A stretch of 64,000 nucleotides of DNA from Candidatus Latescibacterota bacterium (GTDB taxonomy: Bacteria > Latescibacterota > UBA2968 > UBA8231). Made by a program: the position numbers and the translations under genes. The stretch lies in assembly GCA_965206595.1 (NCBI GenBank), contig OZ242214.1:6816001-6880000 (forward strand), written 5' to 3'. The stretch's first letter is position 1, and each line of letters starts with the position of its first letter. This document shows, one piece after another, positions 30,242 through 39,610 of the stretch. The notes under the pieces are model-generated. The model saw nothing but the letters and a program-made list of their open reading frames with translations, was not told the origin of the DNA and ran no database searches.

Positions 30242-30751
30242 CGCTACCACGGGGTCCTGGCGCCCCGGGCCCGCGACCGCATCGTGCCGGCCAAACCGGT
30301 TGCCGATCCGGCGGCGCCGGACGGCGATGCGAGCGCTGCGGCCTGAGGCTGCGGTGGGCGAGCCTGCTGGCGCGGGTGTTTCTGCCGACCTCAGCGAATG
30401 CGCGGCCTGTGGCCGCAGCCTGAGAATCATCGCCGCTTTGATCGACCTGCCTGCGCAGGGTACTGCCCACCTGCGCCGCAACGCGCGGGCCGGCGCTGCA
30501 GGCAGGTCCGGGTTCGGTCCGATGCTATTTGACGGGGTCGGTTTGCCGGACCGGCCCCCGGCCTTGACCCCTGCCAAGGCCCCGCCGCCGCCTTTCGAGT
30601 TCGCAGCCTGACCTGCCTTCTCGACCCGTCGCCGGGCGTACGGCGGGGTGTTCCCTCAACGGCCCCTCAGGCCCCGTATTGATCCGGATACGGGCCGACA
30701 GGCAACCAGACTGTACTGCGAGCTCGGTCGAAGGACTGGCAAATGATCCTC
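30242..30751 (+). mobile_element. IS91-family 3' remnant (copy 3) containing a palindromic insertion
   Basis: Matches about 19137-19590 (RYHGVLAP...FEFAA* and downstream sequence). Confidence 0.8.
30444..30508. repeat. REP-like palindrome inserted in IS91 copy 3
   Basis: GACCTGCCTGC...GCAGGCAGGTC 11-bp inverted repeat; absent from copy 1. Confidence 0.65.
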
Positions 30752-30895
30752 CTGGAGCTGCCGAACCCTGGGAAGCGAAGACAGGCGGCGGCAACGTCTC
30801 CGGCTGGCTGGGAAAACGCGGGGCCGCCTATATTCCCTCGCCGTTTTCACGGATCGCATTCAACGTCCACAGGAAAGCAGAAAGGGGCGCGTACA

Positions 30896-31690
30896 ATGGC
30901 CGCAGACAGGACGCGAGTAGGCCTGATCGGCTACGGCCAGATCGGCAATGCCGTTCACCGGATGATCGATGCTTCCGACCAGGGGATGGAAGTCGTCTTC
31001 GTGCACGACCAGGACACCGGCAGGCTCGCCGGGCTTCCCGACGGCCTGGCGCTGGAGGATCTCGGCGACTTCGCCGGCCGTCAGGCCGATCTCGTCGTCG
31101 AGATGGCACACCCGGAGGTGACCCGCCGCTGGGCCGAGGCGATCCTCCAGGAAACGAACTACATGCTGATCTCGGTCACCGCGCTGGCTGACGAGGAGGT
31201 CGAGAGGAAGCTCGCCGAAACCAGCGTCGCCAACGGCACGCGGGTATTCATTCCCCACGGAGGGGTGGTCGGCATGGACGCGCTGCTGGAAAACCGCGAC
31301 GTCTGGGAGTCGGTCGACGTCGTCATGAAGAAGCCGCCCCACAACGTCGACTGCGCCAACGCCGGCGTCGACCCGGACAGCATCACCGAGGAGACCTGCC
31401 TCTACGACGGGCCCACGCGCGGCATCTGCCCGCTGTTCCCGCGCAACGTCAACACCCACGCCTCCATCGCCTACGCCGGCATCGGCTTCGACCGCACCCA
31501 CTCGGTCATGCTGGTCAACCCGGAGTGGAACACCGCCACCGTCGCCATCCAGGCCCGAGGCCCGGCGCTGGAGCTCAACGTCGAGCGCGTCGAAAGCATC
31601 TCCGGGGTCACCGGGGCGAGCACCCCCGCCTCGATCTACAACACCGTGCAGATGATCGGCTCGACCGGTCCCGGCATACACCTGCGTTGA
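30896..31690 (+). CDS. L-aspartate dehydrogenase-like (NadX/DUF108) oxidoreductase
   Basis: VGLIGYGQIG, DLVVEMAHP, IPHGGVVGMD, YDGPTR..CPLFPRNVN. Confidence 0.8.
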   Translation: MAADRTRVGLIGYGQIGNAVHRMIDASDQGMEVVFVHDQDTGRLAGLPDGLALEDLGDFAGRQADLVVEMAHPEVTRRWAEAILQETNYMLISVTALADEEVERKLAETSVANGTRVFIPHGGVVGMDALLENRDVWESVDVVMKKPPHNVDCANAGVDPDSITEETCLYDGPTRGICPLFPRNVNTHASIAYAGIGFDRTHSVMLVNPEWNTATVAIQARGPALELNVERVESISGVTGASTPASIYNTVQMIGSTGPGIHLR

Positions 31691-31694
31691 AGGC

Positions 31695-32852
31695 ATGAAG
31701 CCATTCGCCCGGATCCCCTCGGAGCTGCCGCGGTCCGGGATCCGGGAAATCATGGACCTCGCCTGGGCGACGGAGGGGGTGATCCACCTCGAGGTCGGCC
31801 AGCCTGACTTCGACACCCCGGACCACATCGTCGAAGCGGCCTGCCGCGGCGCCCGCCAGGGGCACACCCGCTACGTGCCGAACGCCGGTATCGACGACCT
31901 GCGCGCGGCCGCGGCCCGCTACATCGAACGCGGCACGGGCGTCGCCACGGCGCCGGAACAGATCCTTGTCACCCAGGGGGCCGTGCTCAGCGCCGCGAGC
32001 GCCTTCCTCGGCCTGCTCGACCCCGGGGACGAGGTGCTGCTCCCCGATCCCGGCTGGCCCAACTACGCCATGGCGGTGGCGCTCTTCCACGGGAGGCCGG
32101 TGTACTACAACCTGCGTCCGGAGCGCAGCTTTCTCCCCGATATCGAGGAAATGGAGTCCCTGGTGTCGGACCGCACCAAGCTGCTGCTGCTGTGCAACCC
32201 GTCCAATCCCACCGGACAGGTGCACGACGAGGCCCTGACCGGGCGGTTGATGGAGTTCGCGCGGCGGCACGACCTGTGGGTGCTGTCCGACGAGATCTAC
32301 GGGGAGATCGTGTTCGACGGGAGCCACGCCAGCGCCCTGCCGCACGACGCCGACGAACGCCTGATCCTGGTGACGGGGATGTCGAAGAGCTTCGCCATGA
32401 CCGGCTTCCGCGTCGGCTTCACGCGGGCGCGGGCGGACTACGTCGAGCTGGCCGCCAAGCTGCAGGAGCCCCTGGTCTCCTGCGGAGTCGGGTTCGCTCA
32501 GAAGGCCGCGGTGGCCGCCCTCGAGGGGCCCGGAGATTGCGTGCGCGCCATGTGCGACCGCTACCGGGCGCGGCGCGACCTCGCCCTGGGGATCCTGCGC
32601 GAGTACGGACTCTACCGCTACACGCCGGGAGGCGCCTTCTACCTGCTCGTCGACATCTCTTCGACGGGTCTCGATTCGCGCTCGTTCGCGCTGCGGCTGA
32701 TCGCCGAGGAGAAGGTCGCGGTGGCACCGGGGAACACCTTCGGCAGCATGTGCGCCGGCCACGTGCGCATCTCCATCGCCTCACCGGAAGAGCTGATCAG
32801 CGAAGGCCTGCACCGGATCTGCCGCTTCATCCGCGAGCTGAGCGCTTCTTAG
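31695..32852 (+). CDS. Class I/II PLP-dependent aminotransferase
   Basis: LEVGQPDF, CNPSNPTG, SDEIY, SKSFAMTGFRVG, GAFY. Confidence 0.92.
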   Translation: MKPFARIPSELPRSGIREIMDLAWATEGVIHLEVGQPDFDTPDHIVEAACRGARQGHTRYVPNAGIDDLRAAAARYIERGTGVATAPEQILVTQGAVLSAASAFLGLLDPGDEVLLPDPGWPNYAMAVALFHGRPVYYNLRPERSFLPDIEEMESLVSDRTKLLLLCNPSNPTGQVHDEALTGRLMEFARRHDLWVLSDEIYGEIVFDGSHASALPHDADERLILVTGMSKSFAMTGFRVGFTRARADYVELAAKLQEPLVSCGVGFAQKAAVAALEGPGDCVRAMCDRYRARRDLALGILREYGLYRYTPGGAFYLLVDISSTGLDSRSFALRLIAEEKVAVAPGNTFGSMCAGHVRISIASPEELISEGLHRICRFIRELSAS

Positions 32853-32973
32853 GCGTTGTTGCGGGAAGCCGGAAGTCCGTCAGGGCTTCGAAAACGGCTC
32901 GATATTCATTTGGGACTCAGATACGAAGGTGCCGTGGACGGAAACAGGCTCCCCGGCAGACACGCGGGGGACG

Positions 32974-33351
32974 TTAGAGGTACTTGTCTCTACGCCGATT
33001 GAACTCCGCTTCGGTCAACTCCCATCGCCCCTTTTTTCCCTGAACCCGCTTTTCTTTGGCCAGCTTCGTCAGGACGCCCCAAACAATGCCCCTGCTGCCG
33101 CCAAAACCTCCTTCTGCCTGAAAGGTGAGGAGGTCCGTTTCCCAGGCAATGCCCGTCCGTTTGCCGATCTCCCAGAAACCAAGGGGCTTTTTCTCATGCC
33201 AGGCTTCCAGCAGAATATCCAATACCGCGTTTTCCAGATGACGTATCCCAATCAATCCGTGCTGCTTCGGAGTATGTTCGCTCACTTGCGGCCTCCTGAA
33301 GTCACTATTCCGCTTAAAAGCGAGGGATTCAACCATCTGCGACAGAGACAT
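32974..33351 (-). CDS. Hypothetical protein, winged-helix-like
   Basis: LENAVLDIL..EIGKRTGI..VLTKLAKEKRV..GRWELT; start uncertain. Confidence 0.45.
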   Translation of the reverse strand: MSLSQMVESLAFKRNSDFRRPQVSEHTPKQHGLIGIRHLENAVLDILLEAWHEKKPLGFWEIGKRTGIAWETDLLTFQAEGGFGGSRGIVWGVLTKLAKEKRVQGKKGRWELTEAEFNRRRDKYL

Positions 33352-33436
33352 CGAAAAGGTGAGGGGAAGTCAACCATTCGCCGATGAACCTCTTACCTGC
33401 GACGCCTTCGATTCTGCCGTATTTCCGGACCGGGTG

Positions 33437-34522
33437 CTACATGTATCGCGAGAGACCGCCGTCGGCACCGAGACGGTCGAGCAGTTCCTTGACCCGCTGC
33501 GCCTGGTCCTTGCGGCAGACGAGAAGGGCGTCCTCCGTGTCGACGACCACGAGATCCTCCACCCCGACCAGGGCGATCAGCTTCTCCCTGCCGCCGTACG
33601 CGGTGACGCGGCGCGCGTCGATGGCGAGAACGGTTCCCGAGAGCAGGTTGCCGTCGTCGTCCGCGGGCAGGACGTCGGTCAGGGCAGCCCAACTGCCGAT
33701 GTCCCCCCAGGCGAACTCCCCTTCCAGGGTCCCGACCCGGGGGGCGCGCTCGAGGACGGCGTGGTCGATGGAGATCGACGGCAGGCCGGGGTAGAGCCCG
33801 GCGATCACCGCATCGGCTGAGCCGGCCGCGGCAGCCTCGCGAATCTCCGCGAGGGCGGCGAAGATCTCCGGCTCGAAGCGCTCGAACAGGTCGAGAACGG
33901 TCGCGGCTTTCCAGACGAACATGTTGGAGTTCCACAGGTAGTCGCCGCTGCCGGCGTACTGGGCCGCGAGGTCGGCGTCCGGCTTCTCTTTGAACTCCGG
34001 CACCCTGTAGATCGGCTGGCCGGAGATCGCGCACAACACCTCCCCCTTGCGGATGTAGCCGTACCCGGTCTCGGGCCGGGTCGGCACGACGCCGATGGTC
34101 AGCAGGAAATCCGGGTGCTCCTCGACCGCGGCCTCGGCGACGGTCAGCAGGCGGCGGAACTCCGCGGGATCCCCGATGTAATGGTCGGACCCGAGGCTGG
34201 CGACGACGCAGCCCGGGTAGCGCCCCTCGAGCAAGGCGCACTCCAGCCCGACCGCTGGTCCGGTGTTGCGCAGGGCCGGCTCGACGATCAGCTGCCCGGG
34301 ACCGAGGTCTGCGAGATGCTCGCGCACGAGGGCGGCCGTCGCCGTTCCCGTCGACACGAAGAGATCCTCTGCGGATGCGAGCGGGCGCACGCGGGCGACC
34401 GCCTCCTGAATCATGCTCTGCGGCCCGGTCATGGCGTGGAACTGCTTGGGCCGCCGCTGGCGGCTGAACGGCCACAGCCTGGTGCCGGCGCCCCCGGCCC
34501 TGACGACGAATTTCACCGGCAT
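33437..34522 (-). CDS. manC: Mannose-1-phosphate guanylyltransferase
   Basis: AGGAGTRLWPFSR..PKQF, EPALRNTGPA, PETGYGYI, FKEKPD, WNSNMF, WGDIGSW. Confidence 0.9.
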   Translation of the reverse strand: MPVKFVVRAGGAGTRLWPFSRQRRPKQFHAMTGPQSMIQEAVARVRPLASAEDLFVSTGTATAALVREHLADLGPGQLIVEPALRNTGPAVGLECALLEGRYPGCVVASLGSDHYIGDPAEFRRLLTVAEAAVEEHPDFLLTIGVVPTRPETGYGYIRKGEVLCAISGQPIYRVPEFKEKPDADLAAQYAGSGDYLWNSNMFVWKAATVLDLFERFEPEIFAALAEIREAAAAGSADAVIAGLYPGLPSISIDHAVLERAPRVGTLEGEFAWGDIGSWAALTDVLPADDDGNLLSGTVLAIDARRVTAYGGREKLIALVGVEDLVVVDTEDALLVCRKDQAQRVKELLDRLGADGGLSRYM

Positions 34523-35514
34523 CCTCCTCCCGGCGGGGAAGCCGCCAAACACTTGGTCCGGCCGGCAGCCCGGACGTCCACCTCGCAGCGGGGGGGAACC
34601 AGGGCGGTCCCCCCGAGAGGGAGACTGCCTTGGCAACCGTCGCCGGCTCCGTACTCCAGCGGACCTCCCTCGATGACGGTCACGGAAAGAAAGGAGTCCC
34701 CGGCAGCGAGCCGCTGCTCTAGCTCCCCGACTACGCAGAGATCGAGATCGAAGCGCGGCGAGCGCACCAGCTCCGTGCGCCCCTCGGGCGGAGAGGTCTC
34801 CACCTGCAGCGGGGCCGGGGCAGGTTCCCCGAAAGCGATCACTTCCAATCCGCGTTCGACATGGAGCTCGCGCGGCTTGCCGTCCGCTCCGGGGCGGTCG
34901 TAGTCGTAGAGGCGGAAGGTGACGTCGCTCGACTGCTGGATCTCGTAGATCATGATGCCGGCGCAGGCCGCGTGCACGACCCCCGGGGGGACGAACACCA
35001 CCTGGTCCGGCGCGGCGTCGTGGAACTCCACGGTGTCGAGAACCCGCTGCTGTGCCAGGGCCCGCGAGAACTCCTCCCGGGTGACCCCCTCCTTCAGGCC
35101 GGCGGCGAAGCGGCCGGTGGCCCCGGGGAGCAGGTACCACGCCTCCATCTTGCCGAAGCGGTCGAGGCCGTGGCGGCGCGCGTACCCGTCATCGGGGTGG
35201 ACCTGGAGCGAGAGGTCGGCGCCGGCGTCGATCAGCTTGACGAGCAGCGGAAAGTGACCTTCGCAGGCCTCCCAGGTCGCCCCTCCGACCAGCCGTTCCC
35301 CGTACTCCTCGAGCAGGCTCTGCAGGGACCGGCCGCAAAGCGGACCGCCGGCGACGCTGCTCTCCATGCCGGGATAGGCCGACAGCTCCCACGACTCCCC
35401 TATCAAGGCGCCGGGAGGCAACTGCTTGCCGTACTGCTCGAGGCGCCGCCCGCCCCATACCATCTCTCGCAGGAAGGGCCGCATCGGCAGGATGTGAGAA
35501 AGTGGGACGGACAC
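34513..35514 (-). CDS. manA: Type I phosphomannose isomerase
   Basis: VWGG, IGESWELS, FPLLVKLIDA..LSLQVHPDD, GKMEAW, EIQQSSDVTFRLYDY. Confidence 0.9.
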   Translation of the reverse strand: MSVPLSHILPMRPFLREMVWGGRRLEQYGKQLPPGALIGESWELSAYPGMESSVAGGPLCGRSLQSLLEEYGERLVGGATWEACEGHFPLLVKLIDAGADLSLQVHPDDGYARRHGLDRFGKMEAWYLLPGATGRFAAGLKEGVTREEFSRALAQQRVLDTVEFHDAAPDQVVFVPPGVVHAACAGIMIYEIQQSSDVTFRLYDYDRPGADGKPRELHVERGLEVIAFGEPAPAPLQVETSPPEGRTELVRSPRFDLDLCVVGELEQRLAAGDSFLSVTVIEGGPLEYGAGDGCQGSLPLGGTALVPPRCEVDVRAAGRTKCLAASPPGGGCR

Positions 35515-35832
35515 GTGAAGTCTGGTTGAGGATGACCGGCCGCCGCTCATCGGCAGAGGCGGGCCTGTGAAGGGAGGAAGCGCTGGTCTGCCCGGGCAAC
35601 CTGCAGAATTTATGGCGCCGAAGGGCCCGACCTGCGTAAACGCGATGGACCACTTGGGAGGAACATGGCGCGCTGACGGCAACGCGGCAGGCCGGGATAC
35701 CCGGGCCACGGGTTTCAGGTAGTCACGGAGGGCATGCCCAAAGGCCGCGAAAAGGTAAGACCGCCGATCCACTCCGGACAGCGCCAACCGCCTCGCACAG
35801 CATCTGAAGCTAGCCATCAGGTTGAGACCGCC

Positions 35833-36049
35833 CTATCCCCTGCGACAGCACCGTCCGCCTCGCACAGCGACTGAAGCGACCCGCCCCAGAGGGAAACCTC
35901 GGCCCCTATTGAGGTTAGCCGCGGCCCGTCTCCTCAGGGGAAGCGGGCCCTCCAAAGAGGAAGCCTCCGCCACAGCCGAGGCCGCCGGAAGGGATGGGAG
36001 CCCTGAAGGGCAGGTGCCTGCGAGAGGATGCACGAATGGGTCGGGATAG
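35833..36049 (+). ncRNA. Candidate multi-stem structured RNA upstream of the DUF2330 gene
   Basis: CTATCCC/GGGATAG closing stem around five hairpins, including GAGG-GAAA-CCTC and GCCC-TGAA-GGGC. Confidence 0.4.
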
Positions 36050-36164
36050 CCTTCTCCAGTCTCCTGGCCCCGTTCCTGTTTCGTTTGCCCAGTGATTGAA
36101 CAGGCACATATTCGGTTTGCCGACAGCGATGGTCCTCTCCCCTCGAAAACAGGAGTCAGCCATC

Positions 36165-38015
36165 ATGACCAGATCCCTGTATGCCGCGTTCCTCTGCCTG
36201 CTGCTCGGGACCCCGGCCGCGCGCGCCTGCGGCGGCTTCTTCTGCACCACCTTCCCGATGAACCAGGTCGCCGAGAACATCCTCTTCATTCAGGGAGAGG
36301 GGACCGTAACCACCCACGTCCAGCTCCTGTTCAGCGGCACCGCCTCGGACTTCGCCTGGATCCTGCCCCTGCCCTCGGTCCCGGAGCTGGCCGTGAGCCA
36401 CAACCAGATCTTCACCCAGCTGCAGTTCGCCACCCAGCCCTTCTTCCAGCTGAACTTCGCGGAGCAGGAGGACTGCTTCTTCCGGCCCATTGTTCTCAGA
36501 TCCCCCGAGACAATTGCCCTTGACGAGTCCGCGGAAGTCGAAGTAGTGGCCCAGGAACGGGTCGGCCCGTACGACACCGCGGTCATCACCTCCGAGGATC
36601 CGCAGGCCATCGTCGACTGGCTCGTCGACAACGGCTACCAGCTCGGCGACCTCGGGGTCCCGCTCCTGACCCCGTACGTCGAGGGGGACTTCTACTTCCT
36701 CGCGCTCAAGCTCGCCGCCGAAAGCGAGGTCGGCGACCTGCAGCCGATCGCCATGACCTACGCCGCGGAGACGCCCGGCATCCCGATTCGCCTGACCGCG
36801 GTGGCCACCGTGCCCGACCTCGGCGTCCTCGCCTGGGTCCTGGCAGACCACCGCGCCATCCCGGAGAACTACCTGCACGTGCAGATCAACGAGGCCCTGA
36901 TCGACTGGTTCAATGGCGGCTTCAACTACCCCGAGGTCGTCACCCAGGCCGCCAACGAGGCCGGGGGCCAGGCCTTCGTCACCGACTACGCCGGCCCCAG
37001 CAGCATCGTCGGCGACTTCATCTTCTCGCAGTTCGACCTGGAGGAGCTGCGCGGAAAGACGGGCCCGGCCGACTTCCTCGAGGCCGCCCTGGCGCAGGGT
37101 TTTCCCCGCGACGCCCAGATGCAGACCCTGATCCGCCGCCACATCCCGATGCCGGCCTCCGTGCTCGAGGAAGGGGTGCTCGAAGTGGTGTTCGACGGGG
37201 ACCGCGATGCCTACGACGAGGCGCGGGTAGAAGGCCGCCTCCAGGACATCGCGGAGCGCTCCTTCTACAACAACATGCGCGCCTACGACCGCTGGACCGC
37301 CGATCTCGACTTCGACCCCGGAGCCCTTGCCGACGACCTGGAGCGGATCGTCGTCGAGCCGCTGGAGGGGCTGCAGGAACTGTTCGACGAAAAGCCCTAT
37401 CTCACCCGGCTCTACACCACCCTCTCTGCCGACGAGATGAGCGTCGACCCGGTGTTCGACTACAACCCCGACCTGGCGGAAGTGGACAATATCCGTTACG
37501 CCGACGCGCGCTGGGACTGCGGCGGCTCCGAGGAGACCCCGCTCGAGAAATGGGACCTGATCGTCACTCTCGCCGACGGCCGCGAGGTCCGCTCCCGTCC
37601 CTTTGCCGACGGCGGTCCGCGTCCATTCGCCGAACCGGCCGCCGCCTCTGTCGAGCAGCTGCGCACCTCCGGGCCTCCGGAAGTCCTCAGCCGCCCCACC
37701 GCGGTCGAGACCTCAAACGCCTCGGCTGCCGCCCCTGCGGACTGGGCCCTCCTGCAGAACTACCCCAACCCCTTCAACCAGGGGACGGTCCTCTCCTTCC
37801 ACGCGCCCCGCCCCGCGCAGGCCGCCCTGCACCTCTACAACCTCCGGGGCCAGAAGGTCCGCACCCTGTTTCAGGGCGAGGTCGCCGCGGGCTACCGGAG
37901 GGTCCATTGGGACGGCCGCGACCGGCAGGGCCGACTCGTTGCCAGCGGCGTCTACCTCTACCGCCTGGAGACCGGGGCGGTCGAGCTGACGCGCAAGCTG
38001 CTCTTCCTGCGCTGA
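36165..38015 (+). CDS. DUF2330 protein with C-terminal FlgD-Ig/T9SS-A-like domain
   Basis: Signal then ACGGFFC, FAWILPLP, VGPYD, WLVDNGY, IPIRLTAVA; tail QNYPNPFN..LYNLRGQKVRTL..WDGRD..ASGVYLYRL. Confidence 0.85.
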   Translation: MTRSLYAAFLCLLLGTPAARACGGFFCTTFPMNQVAENILFIQGEGTVTTHVQLLFSGTASDFAWILPLPSVPELAVSHNQIFTQLQFATQPFFQLNFAEQEDCFFRPIVLRSPETIALDESAEVEVVAQERVGPYDTAVITSEDPQAIVDWLVDNGYQLGDLGVPLLTPYVEGDFYFLALKLAAESEVGDLQPIAMTYAAETPGIPIRLTAVATVPDLGVLAWVLADHRAIPENYLHVQINEALIDWFNGGFNYPEVVTQAANEAGGQAFVTDYAGPSSIVGDFIFSQFDLEELRGKTGPADFLEAALAQGFPRDAQMQTLIRRHIPMPASVLEEGVLEVVFDGDRDAYDEARVEGRLQDIAERSFYNNMRAYDRWTADLDFDPGALADDLERIVVEPLEGLQELFDEKPYLTRLYTTLSADEMSVDPVFDYNPDLAEVDNIRYADARWDCGGSEETPLEKWDLIVTLADGREVRSRPFADGGPRPFAEPAAASVEQLRTSGPPEVLSRPTAVETSNASAAAPADWALLQNYPNPFNQGTVLSFHAPRPAQAALHLYNLRGQKVRTLFQGEVAAGYRRVHWDGRDRQGRLVASGVYLYRLETGAVELTRKLLFLR

Positions 38016-38113
38016 CCTCCGGAAGGCCGGTGGATCCGAAATCCGCCCGCGGAAGTCTCAGACTGTAGCGTCCCGATATCGCGCTGCACACCTCTGACCG
38101 AAGAGCCGCAGGC

Positions 38114-38706
38114 ATGGCTGCTCCCTATCGCGACATCCTCGAGAAATCCGGCTGGCCTTTCCCCAGCCGGCATCCGACCCGATCCACGATTCCTATTTCG
38201 TGCACTCCATCATGCGCGCTGCACAACCCCAACGTCGCTTGGGACGAGTACAGCCGCCTCGTTGCCCAGGCCGAAGTCGAGGTCGCCGGCATCACCGCCC
38301 GGCTGGTCGGGTACGACCCGGAACAGGCGAGCGGCGTGTTCACCTTCGGGGGCACCACCGTGCTCAACCGGGACAACTTCGGCACGGTGACGCTGTTTCG
38401 CGCCTACCCCCCGGGAGTCGATACCTTTGCATCAAGCGCCGGGAATTCTACGACCCGGCCTGGCGGGACTGCCTGCTGGCCGGCAACGAGTACAACCGGA
38501 GAGTGTTCGAGTACGTGCACGAGGAGGCGATGGCGGGACGAGGGGTCGTCATTTCCTCGACCGACTGCTACCGGCACACCAGCTACCAGGAGCCGATCGT
38601 CGCCCTGAAATCCTACATCCTGTCCCCGTTCGTCGACGAAGCGGACATCGGAGCGGTCGTCGCCAAGCTCCTCCAAGCCCGGGAAAGGATCAGTGCCGGC
38701 ATTTAG
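38114..38706 (+). pseudogene. PLP-dependent (group II) decarboxylase remnant with large internal deletion
   Basis: HNPNVAWDEYS..AEVEV..GYDP..GVFTFGGT joined directly to the C-terminal part (..ALKSYILSPF). Confidence 0.65.
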
Positions 38707-38796
38707 CTTCCCGTCCCCTTCAATTTGGGACCCTGGGGGGAGAACCAGGAACCAGGGAGCACCGGACCGCCATCTGAGGAAGGAGACCGGATCCCC

Positions 38797-39606
38797 GTGT
38801 CCAATTTTAAACACCTGACTGCCGAGCTGGAGGTGCTCGTCCAGAATCTGGCCCAGCACCTCTCGGGGACCGCCCCCCGGATCGCCGGCGCCCTCGCCCT
38901 GGTTTTGCTGGGCCTGGCGCTCGCCTTCCTGGCTCGAACCCTGAGCCGGCGGATCCTCGCCGGGCTCCACCTCCGGGTTCCCGGCTTTCGGCGCATCCAG
39001 CACGGAGCCGACCTGCAGCAGTCGGCCGGACGCACGGTCGGCCGGGTCCTCTTCTGGATGGTGCTGCTCTTCTTCGTAACCGCGGCCACCGAAGTCATGG
39101 GGCTGCCCGTTGTCTCGGTCTGGTTAAGCGGCATCGTCCTCTACCTGCCGCGGCTGCTCGCCGCCGTCCTGATCCTATTCGCCGGCCTCCTCGGCGGCCA
39201 CTTCCTCCGGGATCTCATCACCTCGACCCGGATCGCCTACGCCAACGCCCTGGGGCGATTGGGACAGGTATCGGTCCTGGTAGTGAGCGCCCTGATCGCC
39301 GTGGACCAGGCGGGGCTGAACGTCGACTTCCTGACCAGCGTCCTGCTCCTCGTCCTCGGCAGCTGCCTCCTTGGCAGCGCCCTTACCTTCGCCCTCGGGG
39401 CTCGCACGACCGTGGCCAACATCCTCGCCTCCTACTACCTGCAGAAGACTTACCGGGTCGGCCACCGGGTGCGGGTCGGGGATTTCCAGGGGGAGATCGT
39501 CGAGATAACCGCCACCTCGGTCCTGCTGGAGACCGAGGAAGGGCGGGTATCGGTGCCGGCCTCCCTCTTCGGGGAGCAGGCCTCGATACTTCTGTTTAAA
39601 AGGTGA
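38797..39606 (+). CDS. MscS-like small mechanosensitive channel with TM-helix repeats
   Basis: PRIAGAL, YLPRLLAAVLIL, FALGARTTVANILAS, VGHRVRVGDFQGEI. Confidence 0.8.
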   Translation: MSNFKHLTAELEVLVQNLAQHLSGTAPRIAGALALVLLGLALAFLARTLSRRILAGLHLRVPGFRRIQHGADLQQSAGRTVGRVLFWMVLLFFVTAATEVMGLPVVSVWLSGIVLYLPRLLAAVLILFAGLLGGHFLRDLITSTRIAYANALGRLGQVSVLVVSALIAVDQAGLNVDFLTSVLLLVLGSCLLGSALTFALGARTTVANILASYYLQKTYRVGHRVRVGDFQGEIVEITATSVLLETEEGRVSVPASLFGEQASILLFKR

Positions 39607-39610
39607 ACCG

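Noticed and set aside
35955-36075. Cobalamin riboswitch or RNase P RNA (GAGGAAG.., GCCAC..GGAAGG, minus-strand GCCAGGAGAC)
   Set aside because: Partial motifs fall on opposite strands or lack their partner conserved regions.
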